A stretch of 64,000 nucleotides of DNA, from NCBI GenBank assembly GCA_965153285.1, contig OZ229115.1; one strand, written 5' to 3'. How positions within the stretch are numbered: the first letter of the stretch is position 1; every line of letters begins with the position of its first letter. A program made the position numbers and the translations under genes. The stretch is from Podarcis tiliguerta (lineage: Eukaryota). Below, piece after piece: positions 24,928-38,023 of the stretch. The notes beneath the pieces are model-generated. The model did not search any database. It was given only the letters and a program-made list of their open reading frames with translations, and was not told the origin of the DNA.

Positions 24928-26689
24928 GACGAATGCTGCTTGCCACCAGCAATGTCAAAAACAATAGACAGTGAACCTATGACCCTCCTTGTTGGACTTC
25001 AGCTCCCATCATTCCTGACTATTGGCCGTACTAGCTTGGGGATGATGGGAGTGGGAGTCCCATGACAACACCTGGAAGGCCACAGTTTCTCTACCCATCT
25101 CTGCAATAGAGACAAAACAGTATCATAGTCCAGACAGAGCTGAACGCTACAAATAGATGGGCGAGCTATGACAAGTGTGTTACAATTCCACATCACAGCA
25201 ATTCGTGTGCTCAGAAAACACAATATCCCTGGCCAGAACAGACCCCCTACTTCAGGAAAGACATGTCAGACATTTAACACCATAATATGGACAACTGTGT
25301 GTTTATCGTGCAATAAACCAATAATCCGGAAAAGTCTTCCAGGTGCCCAATCCCAGACTGTGAGTCAAAGCCCTCCTCCTGCCCCCACCATAGTCACAGA
25401 GATGTTTAAACAACCCCCTGGGCAGTTTTAAAAGTAACTCATGCTGAGTGAGCTATTTTTCGTTTGTCTTCTACACACCAAGCCAGAAACAGGGCTGCCA
25501 ACTGGCTGAAATATTATTTTTAATTAACTGTGCAGTTTTAATTGATTAATTGAACAATTAAGAGATTAAAATCTCAATACTAAGCAATAATTATCACCAC
25601 CTTTCCCCCAAGGAGCCTCCCAGATACCCCACACCCTGAAAAGCTTGGCTGTCTATTTTGCCTCCGCTGAAGGAAGGGTTCCACATAGCCAGGTGGGAGC
25701 TCCCACAATTCAATACCTTCCCATTATACCTTTTTTGCGATATTCTCCCTGTTTGTATCAGCTGCCAACGTGCAGCTAAAATATACTCAGCACTGAAGCG
25801 TATCTTCAAAATGTTATCTGTTTGACTGGAAGAATACCACAGACTTCAGAAAACCAGAAAAATGATTGCACCAAAAATGGATTCTGTGGCGTTGCAGCTG
25901 CGAAACCACCAAACCCCAATTGCTGGGCAACACCAGCCCAGAGTTGGCACAATATATTTTGCTGCCCGAGGTGAAGCAGCAAGTGGCACCCGTTCCACCT
26001 CAAGCCACACTGCATCCCAGGCTGGAAATGTTATGTTTACACCCGAGGCAGCAAATCCCAAAAGCAACCCCTATAGCAGGAAAAATATAATAATGGGAAA
26101 AATTTGAGAATTTGCTGCCCTTGCATGACATACACAACCAGCTGCCTGAGGTGGTGGCCCTACTCTGTGCAATGGCAGGGCTGGCCCTGCCTGCCTCCAA
26201 CAAGAATGGCTGCTACACTTCCTTCAGTACAGGGATGTGGAGGTCTGGTGTCCTGGATAGCAAGCGGATAGTGCCTTTAGCAGCAATACTAGTTGTCAAG
26301 TTACTCCCTGTGCCATTTTGAAATGGCTTATATGTACACGCCCTCCCCCCAAATGTTTACGGATCCTCCCCACAATCCCACTGCCACTGAAGGCTGTGTG
26401 TTCCCCATTTGCGCTGCTCAAGCAAACACTTCCTACAAATGAAGAACACCACCACTAACCCCAGCCATACCAAGACTATCCCCAGCCCAGTTCCATAATG
26501 TGGAGTTGGCCAGCAAATGTGTAGGACCAGGAGATCGCCTGAAGCAGCTGGCAGCAGATGAGGCAGTGCGCTTATAAGGGGCGCTCAGTGCACTGAGGAC
26601 CTTGAATGGTGGCCAAGGGGTAAGGGGCCCCTATCTGACAAATTAGTGCCCGGGGAATGTGAGGGTGCTAAGTCAGCACCTTGCAGGTA

Positions 26690-26903
26690 CAGCCATACCT
26701 TGGAAGTTAAACAGAATCCGTTCCGGAAGTCCATTCGACTTCCAAAATGTTCGAAAATCAAATCTTCCTGCAGCCAACCAGAAGCCGCAAAAGCCTCATT
26801 GGACGTTCGGGTTCCAAAAAGTGGAACGATCACTTCTGGGTATGCGGCGTTCAGGAGCCAAAACGTCCGAGTTCCAGGGCATTCAGGATCCAAGGTACGA
26901 CGG
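26690..26903. mobile_element. Tc1/mariner-type MITE
   Basis: TA|CAGCCATACCTTGGA...TCCAAGGTACGACGG|TA; CpG-rich interior. Confidence 0.75.
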
Positions 26904-28581
26904 TATTTGACACCCATTGTTGGCTGCTGGTATCATAGCTCATGCCCACACTTGGGGGGTGCCAGCTAGTCAGCTGCCATATGCCTGCAGACCTAGCAGC
27001 CCCTATATCTCTGCTGCCACATCCCTCTGGTAAAGGCACCTAAGCACACCGGCCCTTTGGTAATCCCTCATTAGTGGCAGCCTCTCACTTCCCCATGCAT
27101 CCCTTCACCAGTTACTACTGGCTGGATAAAAGCCTCGTGAAATAACCTCAGTTTTGCAGGACCTATGTGCATACAGCCCCTGCCAAAGACCTCAAATGCT
27201 CCTTACTCCCACCAGGCAAGATAATCAGCACGGAAAGTGATTTTGTCTTGAGGCCCTTTCTGTCTCTGTTCTGCCTCTAGTCACCGGGCTGCCTTCCCAC
27301 CTTTTAGCCCAGGAGAGCTTCCTCTGCATTGTCCCGCAGAAACAGGGAGGACTGAGAGAGAGAGAGAACAACAGGGCAGCGCCCAGGGTCTCAGCAGACG
27401 AAGAGCTGCACCTCATATTACGGATTTCCAATACAAAAGCAACTTCCATGTAAGAAATCACAGGCAGGCAGCATGTAGATGTAACCGCATACACTCAGAA
27501 GCCACAACCAGGACAAAAAGCTTGCACATGTAACACATGGCAACCCATCTGTGGATTTTAATGCTATAGTTGTGACTTCCTTTAAGCAGGGAATCTGCAA
27601 CATGTGAAATAACCCATAGAGAAGAGGAAGAGAATTGCCGATTTCACCAGAGCTCTGTTGTTGTTTTTTAATGTAACCAAGTATTAATGGATTCACCCCA
27701 ATAAAGTAGCAGTTCCCATTCTATGTCTAATTATCTCATGAACACCAGGAAGCTGGATACTTACATTCCGAAAAATAAATACTCCACAACATTTTCTAAT
27801 GATTTGGAAATATTGATCATCAATAAACCACAGCCCTCTCTCCCTTTTCGAATCAGAAAGCAACAGGACTCCCTTACCTGCTGGGCTCGGTCCCTGATTC
27901 AGAATAGCTGGTATCAGGAGAAAAATGAGCGAGAGGAAGCCAGTTCTGCTCTGGTGTTCCAATCTCCAAAGCTGCTGGATTTTTCGTTGAGTTCACACTT
28001 CCGACCCCTCGGCTGCTTCCCTCTTCCAGGCACTGTCTTGCTCTGCCAAAGAAACTGCGTTACTAGTTTTGACTTGAGTCAGAGGGGAGGGGCAGGTGAG
28101 CAATACCTTTTCAGCCACAGTGGAATCAGCACAGCCAAATCCTTCCAGGCACAGAAGGACAAGCCAACACATGGCACCAAAGGGGAGGGACTAGAGGGAC
28201 AGCCTCTTTCTTGCAAAAGGCTCCCAGGAATCCCTCCCTCGCCCCTGAACTGATCCTCAAGAAAAAGAGAAAACAGCAGTATGTTTGCTTTCACCTCAGC
28301 CAGCTCCAGACCAACACACAGGCATTGCATACCCAAAATTAATTTGATTCCACACTTATAACTCATTGCAATATAAACATACTCTGAGCCCTCTGATGAT
28401 AATGAGATCATTAGTATTTGGATACCAGATGTTGCTACACTTCAGAAAGCTCAGGGGCCACTTTTTATAACACTGTTTTGTACTTGGTACTGAGGGTAAA
28501 ACTACTATGCATTACATTCAAACACATTTAACAATACCCTGACAGCTGCTGCTGCTGCTACTACTACTACTGCTGCTACTA

Positions 28582-28823
28582 CAATGGTACCTCAGGTTAA
28601 GTACTTAATTCGTTCCGGAGGTCCGTTCTTAACCTGAAACTGTTCTTAACCTGAAGCACCACTTTAGTTAATGGGGCTTCCTGCTGCCGCCGGGCCGCCG
28701 GAGCACGATTTCTGTTCTCATCCTGAAGCAAAGTTCTTAACTCGAGATACTATTTCTGGGTTACCGGAGTCTGTAACCTGAAGCGTCTGTAACCTGAGAC
28801 GTCTGTAACCTGAGGTACCACTG
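28582..28823. mobile_element. Tc1/mariner-type MITE (same family as 52106-52332, opposite orientation)
   Basis: TA|CAATGGTACCTCAGGTTA...TAACCTGAGGTACCACTG|TA; preceded by a (CTA/CTG)n microsatellite at 28543-28580. Confidence 0.85.
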
Positions 28824-31604
28824 TACTAAGGAAAAACAACTTAGGGAAGATGGTGATCTGCAGCAGTGAAGGAGGGGTGCTTTCCTCTCCCCACATCTGC
28901 CACTATTTCACTGCTCCTCCTTCCCTTTCCCTGCAATACATTTTCCTCTCCAAGGTTTTTTCTTCCTGATCATGTTTACCTTCGCAAGCAAGGAAAACAG
29001 CCTCTGGGCAGAAATTGCAGTGAGAAAGAAATAGGCAGGGGAAGGGTCAAGCCCCCCTTCCTCCCACAGCTGTTTCAAACTGCAGGGGGGGCAGAGTGCT
29101 CTTGTGCTCAGGTCCTGCTCGTTTCCCACAAGCATCTGGCTGGCCATTGGGATGCTGACTGGCCTGATCCAGCCAGCTCAAGGTGGGACTGAGGCCAGAA
29201 GCTGTGTGGGTCCGGCTGCATTTCCCTTTGGACAGCACAGCAAATAAGAGGGGAGGGGTGTGTGGGTGGGTGACAGCTAATTCAAAGGCAAAAAGAGGAG
29301 GGCATTTGCTATCATTTTTCAAACCCACTGGTTATACTGTCCCCAGTCAGTCTCAAAGGTCTCACTACTTCTACACAGAAGCTGCCTTGCAGCCTGGGCT
29401 GACGTGGAGAAAGTGAAGCGTTGATGAAGAGACGTTGCTTGGAGATGATTTTTAAGACACCTGCTCCAGTAGTGTACTTCAGAATAGGGCGCAGAAAATC
29501 AAGTTGTTTCCTATATTGCCAAGACCCAGTCGCTCTCTGTGCAGCTGTTTCCTCACTCGTTCCCAACCAAACACCAGAAACAACAAATACAGTTATTTGA
29601 GCATAGATTCCCCATACTGCCCTTTGGAAACAACCTGCTATTACAGTCTGGGCTCCTTGTTTTCATACCCAACGCTTAACCACTAGTGGGATCTGCAGGT
29701 AGATGTTCCATAGTGGTAGCTGAACTCCAGGGGGAGGTTCACAGTAAGTATTCTCAGGCCCTGGGTGCTCAATAAAGGCTTGCCCAGGCTAGTTATTGGA
29801 AACTCCAGTATAAGAAGGCTTCCTGTTGCAGCTGAATCTTGTTTGAGAAACAATACCTTCCTAGTCTTTGCATGCTTTTGATATCTTGGTTGCTCTTTGG
29901 TTGTGGCTTGCTTGTTGATTCTGCCTCCCTGTTTTTCCTACAGTCCTGACTTGCTTTTCAGCCCTAAGGTCTGGCTTCTTCTTGATCCAGCCAATTTCCC
30001 ATCTTGTTCCTGAACCCTGATTCCCAGTTTGTCCTTTGGTTCTGACGATTTAGTTCTACGGTTCTTGATTCCCACCTCAGACTGCTGCTCTTGGCTCAGC
30101 CCTTGCAAGACCACACTGGATAAAATGTGAACCTTGGAACTTTTGAAGACTTCGAAAATTCAGCCAATGGGCTCCCTTGAGCAAATTTTGCTTCTCTGCC
30201 CCCATCCCCCATCTGCAAAGCAGGAATAACCTGTACTATAGTGTTGGGTGAATAAGATGGTGCTTGCAAAATGATTGCCACTTAGGCATGGTATAAATTA
30301 ATTCATTTTAATTAAGATTATCAGTCATAACAACTGCTTCCTCTTAGTCCGCTCTGAGCAACTAATTTGCAGTTCAGGCAAACATGAGGAACAGCTCAAA
30401 AATCTTACCCTGGAAACTTTACTCACTCTGCTCTATGGGTTACTGAAGAAATGTGTGGTGTGTATTTAGAGGAAGAAACTCTCTGGGCTTGTTTACCACA
30501 CTTCAAGGTAAAATGCCAAAGTATATTTGTGGTAATCTTCCCTTCAACTCTGACCGTCATACAATACGGCCACTGATTAGGCTTATCAGTAATCTATCTA
30601 TATACTATGGAGTTGTGGGAGCAGCTGTAGAGTTAAGGCAGCTGGCTTTTTCCATATTATATCATTATAAAGCCTGAAAATTCTGCTCATTGTAAGTGTG
30701 AAGAATCTGTCTCACAAGGGGTATAATGTAACAGACAAACTGAAGCTCAATCAAGGCAAGATGGAGGTTCTGGCAGAGCAGCTTTTCACAGAATCCAGCC
30801 CATTCTGAAGGGAGTTGCAGTCCCCTCTTAAGGAGCAAATTTGCAACTTGGAAGCACGTCCGAGTCCACCGCGGCCTCTGAATTGACAAGTGACAGCTGT
30901 GGCCAAGGGTGCTTTTCCACAATATTGGGGATGTGCCAGCTGCAAATTGTCCTGAGGAAGGCAGACTTTGCCACAGTCACACGTACTAGACTAATGTAAC
31001 ACACTTTACATGGCGCTGCCTTGCTGAGGCAGATCAGCATAAGCATTTGTAATTGCCAGACAGAACTATTCTGTTTCTCCTCTCCCTATGTTCTGTTCTG
31101 GGGGGTTCTCCTGACTCTCCAGAGTGGATTTGGGGGGAAGTCCCATTGCACTAGCAGGAGCCTTAGCTCTGGCAAAGTGGGCAGAACAATGAATGTAGTT
31201 TTTACCTTTGTACAGTACGCTAGTTTCGACATACACATCTCCCTCTCTCCTCCATTTAGGCAAGCAATAATCAGTCTGAGAGCTCAAGGGCACATTGCAG
31301 CCCAGCCAAAAAACACTCAAGAAGGGTGTGAGGTAAAGCCGGTGGGTGGTATTGCCTGGAAAGAGCCCTAAGGGCAGATGGAGGGACCCAGATTACCACA
31401 TTTGGCCCCTGGGCCTGAAATAAGCAGCAAACACATACTACAATCTCATATATTTCGCTCATTTGCAACATGCTGCACCCAATTGCTCCATTATCTTTCT
31501 ACCCCAAACACCCTAATTCATGCATACGTCCCCCTAACTGCACTTTTTTGAGGAAACAGTGGGTGCCACCAGCCAGCTAGGTATTTGGCTGCAGATACAG
31601 ACAA

Positions 31605-31957
31605 GGGACGCAGATGGCGCTGTGGGTTAAACCACAGAGCCTAGGACTTGCTGATCAGAAGGTCGGCAGTTTGAATCCCTGTGATGGGGTGAGCTCCCAT
31701 TGCTCAGTCCCTGCTCCTGCCAACCTAGCAGTTCAAAGGCACATCAAAGTACAAGTAGATAAATAGGTACCGCTCCGGCAGGAAGGTAAACGGCGTTTCT
31801 GTGTGCTGCTCTGGTTCGCCAGAAGTGGCTTAGTCATGCTGGCCACATGACCCGGAAACTGTATGCCGGCTCCCTTGGCCAATAAAGCGAGATGAGCGCC
31901 GCAACCCCAGAGTCGGTCACGACTGGACCTAATGGTCAGGGGTCCCTTTACCTTTAC
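31605..31957 (+). mobile_element. Sauria SINE, full length
   Basis: GGGACGCAGATGGCGCTGTGGGTTAAACCACAGAGC...(ACCTTT)n tail; TSD TACAGACAAGG (31596-31606 / 31955-31965). Confidence 0.92.
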
Positions 31958-32739
31958 AGACAAGGCTGCAGGGTGACTAAAAACTTTCAAACGTTTACGG
32001 AAGGTGTAGTATGTTCTTTCTTTACCAGAGAGTATTACATCTCCAATGGACAAGGCCACACAATTTGATATATAGCATCCGAAGAGGCTATTCCACTCAG
32101 ATGCTCTAAAGTCAGTGTGCAAACCAAGTTCCGAAAGTGCCAGCCAACAGAACGCATATTTCAAAGAAACAGTCAGCGACTAATCTAATCACCCATTGTG
32201 TACCTATTTAGAGACAGTGACTGATGCATGACTTTTGCCTTTTCTGGTGATGGTGTGAAGATTTCCTGGATCACGCAGACAGATGCAGACAGCAAGCACA
32301 GAAAGAAAGGCCCAGCACATGGCCAGGGATGGATCATCATCTTTTTCCCAGACAGAATTTGAAAGTTTTGTCTAGGTGCAAAACTGGACTGGCCCTGCCA
32401 CACAGCAGGATGATGTGTGTTCAGACAGCATCACGGGAGGCGGGGGGTGACCACTAAAGTCTGGAACTGGTGTCTGGAGGGCACAGCAAGACTTTTATAA
32501 GTGTTTGCTAGGGATGGAGGAGAAATAATTTTTCAAAAGCACTTTAATGAGGAACTACCAAATCAGCGCCTCTTGAACGCAGGGCTCACCCAGACTTCCT
32601 TCTGCGCTGCGCTTTCCAGGCACAGGTCTGCACTTTAAAGCTCCATATCTGAGCAGGGTTTTTGTTTTTGTTTGCCTTGGCTCTTTCTCTGTGAAATCCC
32701 ATGCTTTACCGCTGAATCGGAGCAAACAGCAATCCATAG

Positions 32740-33070
32740 AAAACACAATTGCCAACATGTTTAATTAGAGAAAAATAATTACTAATGTTTGATAAGGATT
32801 GGAAATTTCTTATGGATTTTTTGCGTGAAAGAGAAAATGACCTTGTAATATCTGGATTTGAAGATTGAAAAAATACTGGTTTATAGAATATAGAATGGTT
32901 GGATCTTAAAGAATGAATATCATATGTACAGGTAGCTGCAGAGAGCCAGAAGTCCTTTTATTTTACCCTCTATCTTTCTTTAGTTTTTTCTTGCTTTCTC
33001 CTTTAGATTTCTCATTTTCTTATATTTTCTTCCTTCTGACTTAGCTACTTAATCTAAAAAAGAGCAGTTT
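32740..33070 (+). mobile_element. L1-like LINE 3' fragment
   Basis: Degenerate ORF2 end (..FDKDWKFLMDFL..) followed by a T-rich UTR and A tail. Confidence 0.5.
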
Positions 33071-33419
33071 TATGTTGCAAACAGGCTGCTTAGGTACCAC
33101 AAATGAGTCACTGGAAACAGGTTTTCCACCTCCCTCAGATTTCCCTTGAAAAGGATAAATAAAGATTAAATGGGGAAAAATACAGGCCAGCATTTTGATG
33201 CCAACGTGTGAGTGTTTTGAAAAAAAATATGCATGCATGTGTAGCACCCATCAGACAACACCCCCATGTCTGGAAGCACCCTACAAACACAGCACAGGAT
33301 CCTCTGCTCTCTGGCCCTAATCTGTTTCTTTATATTTAATATTTGAGTGGGGGGTTTTATACGGCAGGGCAACAAGGGAGCAGCTGTTTTCGAACACTAG
33401 CAAATTGTTTTCTTTTGGT

Positions 33420-33609
33420 GAGAGCGTCAGTGTGGTGCAGCAGTTAGAACGCTGAACCCAGGAGACCAGGGTTCAAATCTCTACTCAGCCGTGAAACCTT
33501 GGGCCCTTCCCTATCACTTAACCTAGCCTACCTCACAGGGTTGCTGTGAGGATAAAATGACTTCCTTGGAGTAAAGGCGGGATACAGATGTAATAATAAA
33601 TAAATAAAA
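33420..33609 (+). mobile_element. CORE-type SINE (Squam3/MIR-like)
   Basis: tRNA-like head (GGTTCAAATC), CCTACCTCACAGGGTTG.TGTGAGGATAAAATG core, (TAAA)n tail. Confidence 0.7.
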
Positions 33610-33769
33610 CTGACCTGCAACACAGGCAAAGTTTTTTCCAAGATGTAGTGATGAGAAATGCTCAAAAGCAGCTTGCTGGGTGAAGTGGATTGATTATGCT
33701 AGATTCCTGGCAGGTGGGATGCTCTTGGCTTACTGGGAAGAAGCAAGGTGAGGAGGTCAGTAAAGTGCT

Positions 33770-34030
33770 AATAAATAATAAATAATAATAAATAATAATA
33801 ATAGTAACAATAATAATACCCCGCCCATCTTGCTGGGTTTCCCCAGCCACTCTGGGCAGCTCCCAACAGAATATTAAAAACACAATAAAACATCAAACAT
33901 TAAAAACTTCCCTAAACAAGGCTGCCTTCAGATGTCTTCTAAAAGTCAGATAGTTGTTCATTTCCTTGACATCTGATGGGAGGGCGTTCCACAGGGCGGG
34001 CGCCACAACCAAGAAGGCCCTTTGCCTGGC
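33770..34030 (-). mobile_element. L2 LINE 3' end with (TTA)n tail
   Basis: RQRAFLVVAPALWNALPSDVKEMNNYLTFRRHLKAALFREVF is the L2 ORF C-terminus. Confidence 0.85.
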
Positions 34031-35281
34031 AAGCACATCAATGCCACCAATTTGGCATTCCAGCAGGTGCATTTCTACCAATCCACCCTTTGTGCAGGTA
34101 AATAATAGAGACCCTCCTGCCAAGAACTTAGCATGGCAGCTCCACCTCACCTGGCTAGCCATTTCTAGAAATGCTTCACTCTTTTAAATGTTTGCTGGGA
34201 ATGCAGGTGTTAATGGCAAAGGAGTTTCTGCAGGAAAAAGGTGGCAAGCATACACAAGAAAGGGCCCCAGAAGTAAACTGTTTGTCCAATATGTACTGAT
34301 AAGCTGATCTGCCCCTGGCAATTTTCACTTCCCAAGTGCTTAAAGGAACATCAAGAAACAATGTCTGGGATCTAACCACCTCCTGATGAAACCAAGTCAA
34401 GGTCTTCTGAAAATGACTTAGATAACCTCCAACTCTGCTTCTTCTCTTTGATTCTTCTCAAAGAATAAATAGGCAAGGTTGTGCAACAAACAAGCTAGAG
34501 AACTTCTATTTATAAGGAATGGGTTTATATGTGTATTTCCAGTCCAGGACATTTTTGCATGTTGCAATGATCTGAAATTTCTTTTTAACTTCCTCTCAAA
34601 AGAAGATACATAAATACATACTTTGATGCATATTTAAATGTGTATTTTCTCTCAAAATACAATTTAAATGTATAGATACATGTTTATTTCAAAATATGTA
34701 TCTAAATGCATTTTTAAAAATGTTTAAACCAACCTTCCTCAACGTGTAGACTCCAAATATCTTGGACACTGGAGGATCCACTTTATATTACCAGAAACTA
34801 GGTAAAAACTCATGTTAAAAAAAGGTATTTAAAGGCTGATGTCATTTTTTATGTTGTGATGCTGCTAATTATGTTTTTTTATGTGCTGTATAATTATTTT
34901 TAATGTTTCTGCTTATAATGTACAGTATGATGTTTCATATTGCTTTTCTTTTGTTGCAAACTGTCCTGTGGTCATTTTTGGTGAATGTCAGTCCAGAAAT
35001 CTATTTAATAAATAAATGAAACACTCATCAGCACAAATATTCATTCCAATATTTGGTGGATAGCTAAGCTCCAATCTGCATAAAAGGCCAAGAGATACAG
35101 ATCAGGTAGAAAAATCTGCAGACTGAATTCCTCAAGCACTTTCTGTTTCTACTACTGTATTTGCATTATTTGAATAATTATACTTGTGCCAGTAGAGGTC
35201 GCTAGTATGCAGCATCTTCTGTTCCTTCCGCCCTGTCCCCAGCAAGAAAGAAATGTGGGGTTAGATTATGCTTATTACTCC

Positions 35282-35850
35282 AGCGAGGGTGGTGCTGTGG
35301 GTTAAACCACAGAGCCTAGGGCATGGGTAGGCAAACTAAGGCCTGGGGGCTGCATCTGGCCCAATTGCCTTCTCAATCCGGCCCGCAGACGGTCCAGGAA
35401 TCAGCGTGTTTTTACATCAGTAGAATGTGTGCTTTTATTTAAAATGCATCTCTGGGTTATTTGTGGGGCATAGGTATTCATTCTTTTTTTCTTCTTCAAA
35501 ATATAGTTCAGCCCCCCACAAGGTCTGAGGGACAGTGGACCGGCCCCCTGCTGGGAAAGTTTGCTGACCCCTGGCCTAGGACTTGCCAATCAGAAGGTCG
35601 GCAGTTCGAATCCCCGTGACAGGGTGAGCTCCAGCACATCAAAGTGCAAGTAGATAAATAGGTACCGCTCCGGTAGGAAGGTAAATGGCATTTCCGTGCG
35701 CTGCTCTGGTTCGCCAGAAGTGGCTTAGTCATGCTGGCCACATGACCCGGAAGTTGTACGCCGGCTCCCTCGGCTAATAAAGTGAGATGAGCGCCACAAC
35801 CCCAGAGATATCCGCAACTGGACCTAATGGTCAGGGGTCCCTTTACCTTT
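35282..35850 (+). mobile_element. Sauria SINE with nested hAT MITE
   Basis: SINE TSD TTATTACTCC (35272-35281 / 35849-35858); the body is split at GCCTAGG. Confidence 0.9.
35322..35573 (-). mobile_element. hAT-type MITE nested in the Sauria SINE
   Basis: Same family as 21257, inverted; TSD GCCTAGGG/GCCTAGGA. Confidence 0.9.
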
Positions 35851-36223
35851 ATTACTCCTGGACAGGTGGTGAATGCCTTCTACTGTGATGATAACCTATG
35901 TTTTGGCCTTGGAGTGGGTGGGAGGGTGAGGGAGGCTGGGAGTGGCAATTGCTCCTTGCAATTTGGTAGACTTTTCTATTGGTCTGACCAATATATTCAT
36001 TCCACTTACTTTTAAGAGAACAGAATCTTGGTGAACTGATAGGCCAAATTACACATTACATTAAATGTGCGACTGCATTTGATGTATTTCAAAAATAGCA
36101 ATTCCAGGCGTCCTCCATCAAGATTGTAAGGCGAAGGGATTTTAAAGCCTTTCCTCTCTAAGCCAGTCCCAAGAGCAGCTTACTTCCTACAGTAAATAAT
36201 ATTTTGGCAGGGGAGGGAAGGAG

Positions 36224-37349
36224 TAGGGTTGCCACCCATCCCTAGAAAAAGGGAATCGCCCCATTTTTGGACAAGGACATCCTTGTCCTGTCTTGCTTAA
36301 GCAAGATAAAACATAGTTTCTTTATGCAACAACTGCAGCAAGAATATTATTGGCCCAAAGATGGAAGCAGGAAGAAATTCCAATGAAAGAAGAGTGGCAG
36401 ATGAAGATAATGGACTATGTTGAATTGGCAAAATTAACTGGGAAGATTTGGAACCAGCAGGACCGGACCTTTCTGAAAGACTGGAATAAATTTTTGTTGT
36501 ATTTGAAAGACAATTGTAAACAATTAACATCGCTAAGTAGGGCTACAAGAAGTTTTGTAGGGTCAAATTTATCAATTATTATCAAGTATGATTTTTAATT
36601 GATTTATTTAAGAGTAGGATTTAAGGATAATAATAACAAAATGCAATATTGGAGCATAAATAAGAAAAATAAATAAGAATAAATAAGTCGAGGAGGAGGG
36701 AAGTCTAAGGCCGAGATGGTCAATTGGTCTTTATGTATTATATATAAGATGTATGTCATGTTTAAAAATATTTGGAAAAATTAATAAAAAATATTATATG
36801 TATTTAAAAAGTATCCTTGTCCTGTTTGGACTTCAAGCCTTTTTCCCATATTTAAGCTCAGCCGGCCCCAAATGGCGGTTGTGTCACTGTGGGTGCGGCT
36901 GATGAGGAGCCCAGACCAGTGAGAGCAGAAGAAGGGGGACAAAATGACCTTCCTCTTCCTCCCTCTCCCCCTCCTTCCCTCTCACTGGTTCTCCTCAGCC
37001 CCCGCCTGACGGTCTAGCATGGTGTGGGTCTGCCGCTGCTTGGCTCCCTCCGCCACCCCAACCTGACCTCTCCTCTTCCTCTGCGCTCAAGTCTCTTCCG
37101 ATACCAGCATGGGCGAAAAGCTGGAGCTGTGGCTCAAATTGCCCATGGGAGCTGGCCGGCTAACCCTGGCCCCTGCCCATCTATGTGACTTGAGGGGAAG
37201 AGCGGGGCCAGGGTGGTGAGGGAGGTGGGAGGGTAAATGCAGGGAGCCCCCATCCCAAAGTGTTGGAGGATCTGGCCCCATGAGTGTGTGTGCATGCCTC
37301 AACCCCCCAACCTGTGTCTTATTTTGCCTGACTGAAGGTGGCAACCCTG
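36224..37349. mobile_element. Non-autonomous hAT element carrying a nested L1 fragment
   Basis: TIRs TAGGGTTGCCACC / GGTGGCAACCCTG; TSD GGAAGGAG/GGAGGGAG. Confidence 0.75.
36292..36812 (+). mobile_element. 5'-truncated L1 LINE
   Basis: ORF2 C-terminus (ARILLAQRWKQEEIP..EW..K...Y.ELAKLT...F.KDWNKF..YL), AATAAA, and a 13-bp TSD ATCCTTGTCCTGT (36279-36291 / 36813-36825). Confidence 0.85.
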
Positions 37350-37560
37350 GGAGGGAGCATGGTATGTTTAAGGGGGAGCGTAATCTGTTGTTTTTAATTC
37401 TGAATATTAAATTGTTATAACCCACCCTGGGACCTGCTGGTGACGGGCAGGTAATAAATTTAAAGATAATAACAACTCTTCCCTCTGTGCTGTGGTGCCA
37501 ATCTTGATCATGCCTCCTTTGGGTGCTGGGTTCATTTTAAGTGCCACACATTTAACACAT

Positions 37561-37925
37561 GGGGGGATGTGGGTGGCGCTGTGGGTAAAAGCCTCAGCGC
37601 CTAGGGCTTGCCGATCGAAAGGTCGGCGGCTTGAATCCCCGCGGCGGGGTGCGCTCCCGTTGTTCGGTCCCAGCACCTGCCAACCTAGCAGTTCGAAAGC
37701 ACCTCCGGGTGCAAGTAGATAAATAGGGACCGCTTACTAGCAGGAAGGTAAACGGCGTTCCGTGTGCTGCGCTGGCTCGCCAGATGCAGCTTGTCACGCT
37801 GGCCATGTGACCCGGAAGTGTCTCCGGACAGCGCTGGCCCCCGGCCTCTTGAGTGAGATGGGCGCACAACCCTAGAGTTTGTCAAGACTGGCCCGTACGG
37901 GCAGGGGTACCTTTACCTTTACCTT
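37561..37925 (+). mobile_element. Sauria SINE, young CpG-rich subfamily
   Basis: GGTGGCGCTGTGGGTAAAAGCCTCAGCGCC...(ACCTTT)n; TSD ATTTAACACAT (37550-37560 / 37926-37936). Confidence 0.92.
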
Positions 37926-37933
37926 ATTTAACA

Positions 37934-38023
37934 CATAGCTGTCAACGTTTCCCTTTTTTTAAGGGAAATTCCCTTATTCTGAATAGGATTCCTTGCAAGA
38001 AAAGGGAAAAGTTTACAGCTATG
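37934..38023. mobile_element. 90-bp hAT MITE (CATAGCTGTCAAC TIR)
   Basis: CATAGCTGTCAAC...GTTTACAGCTATG; imperfect TSD ATTTAACA/ATTTAATG. Confidence 0.75.
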
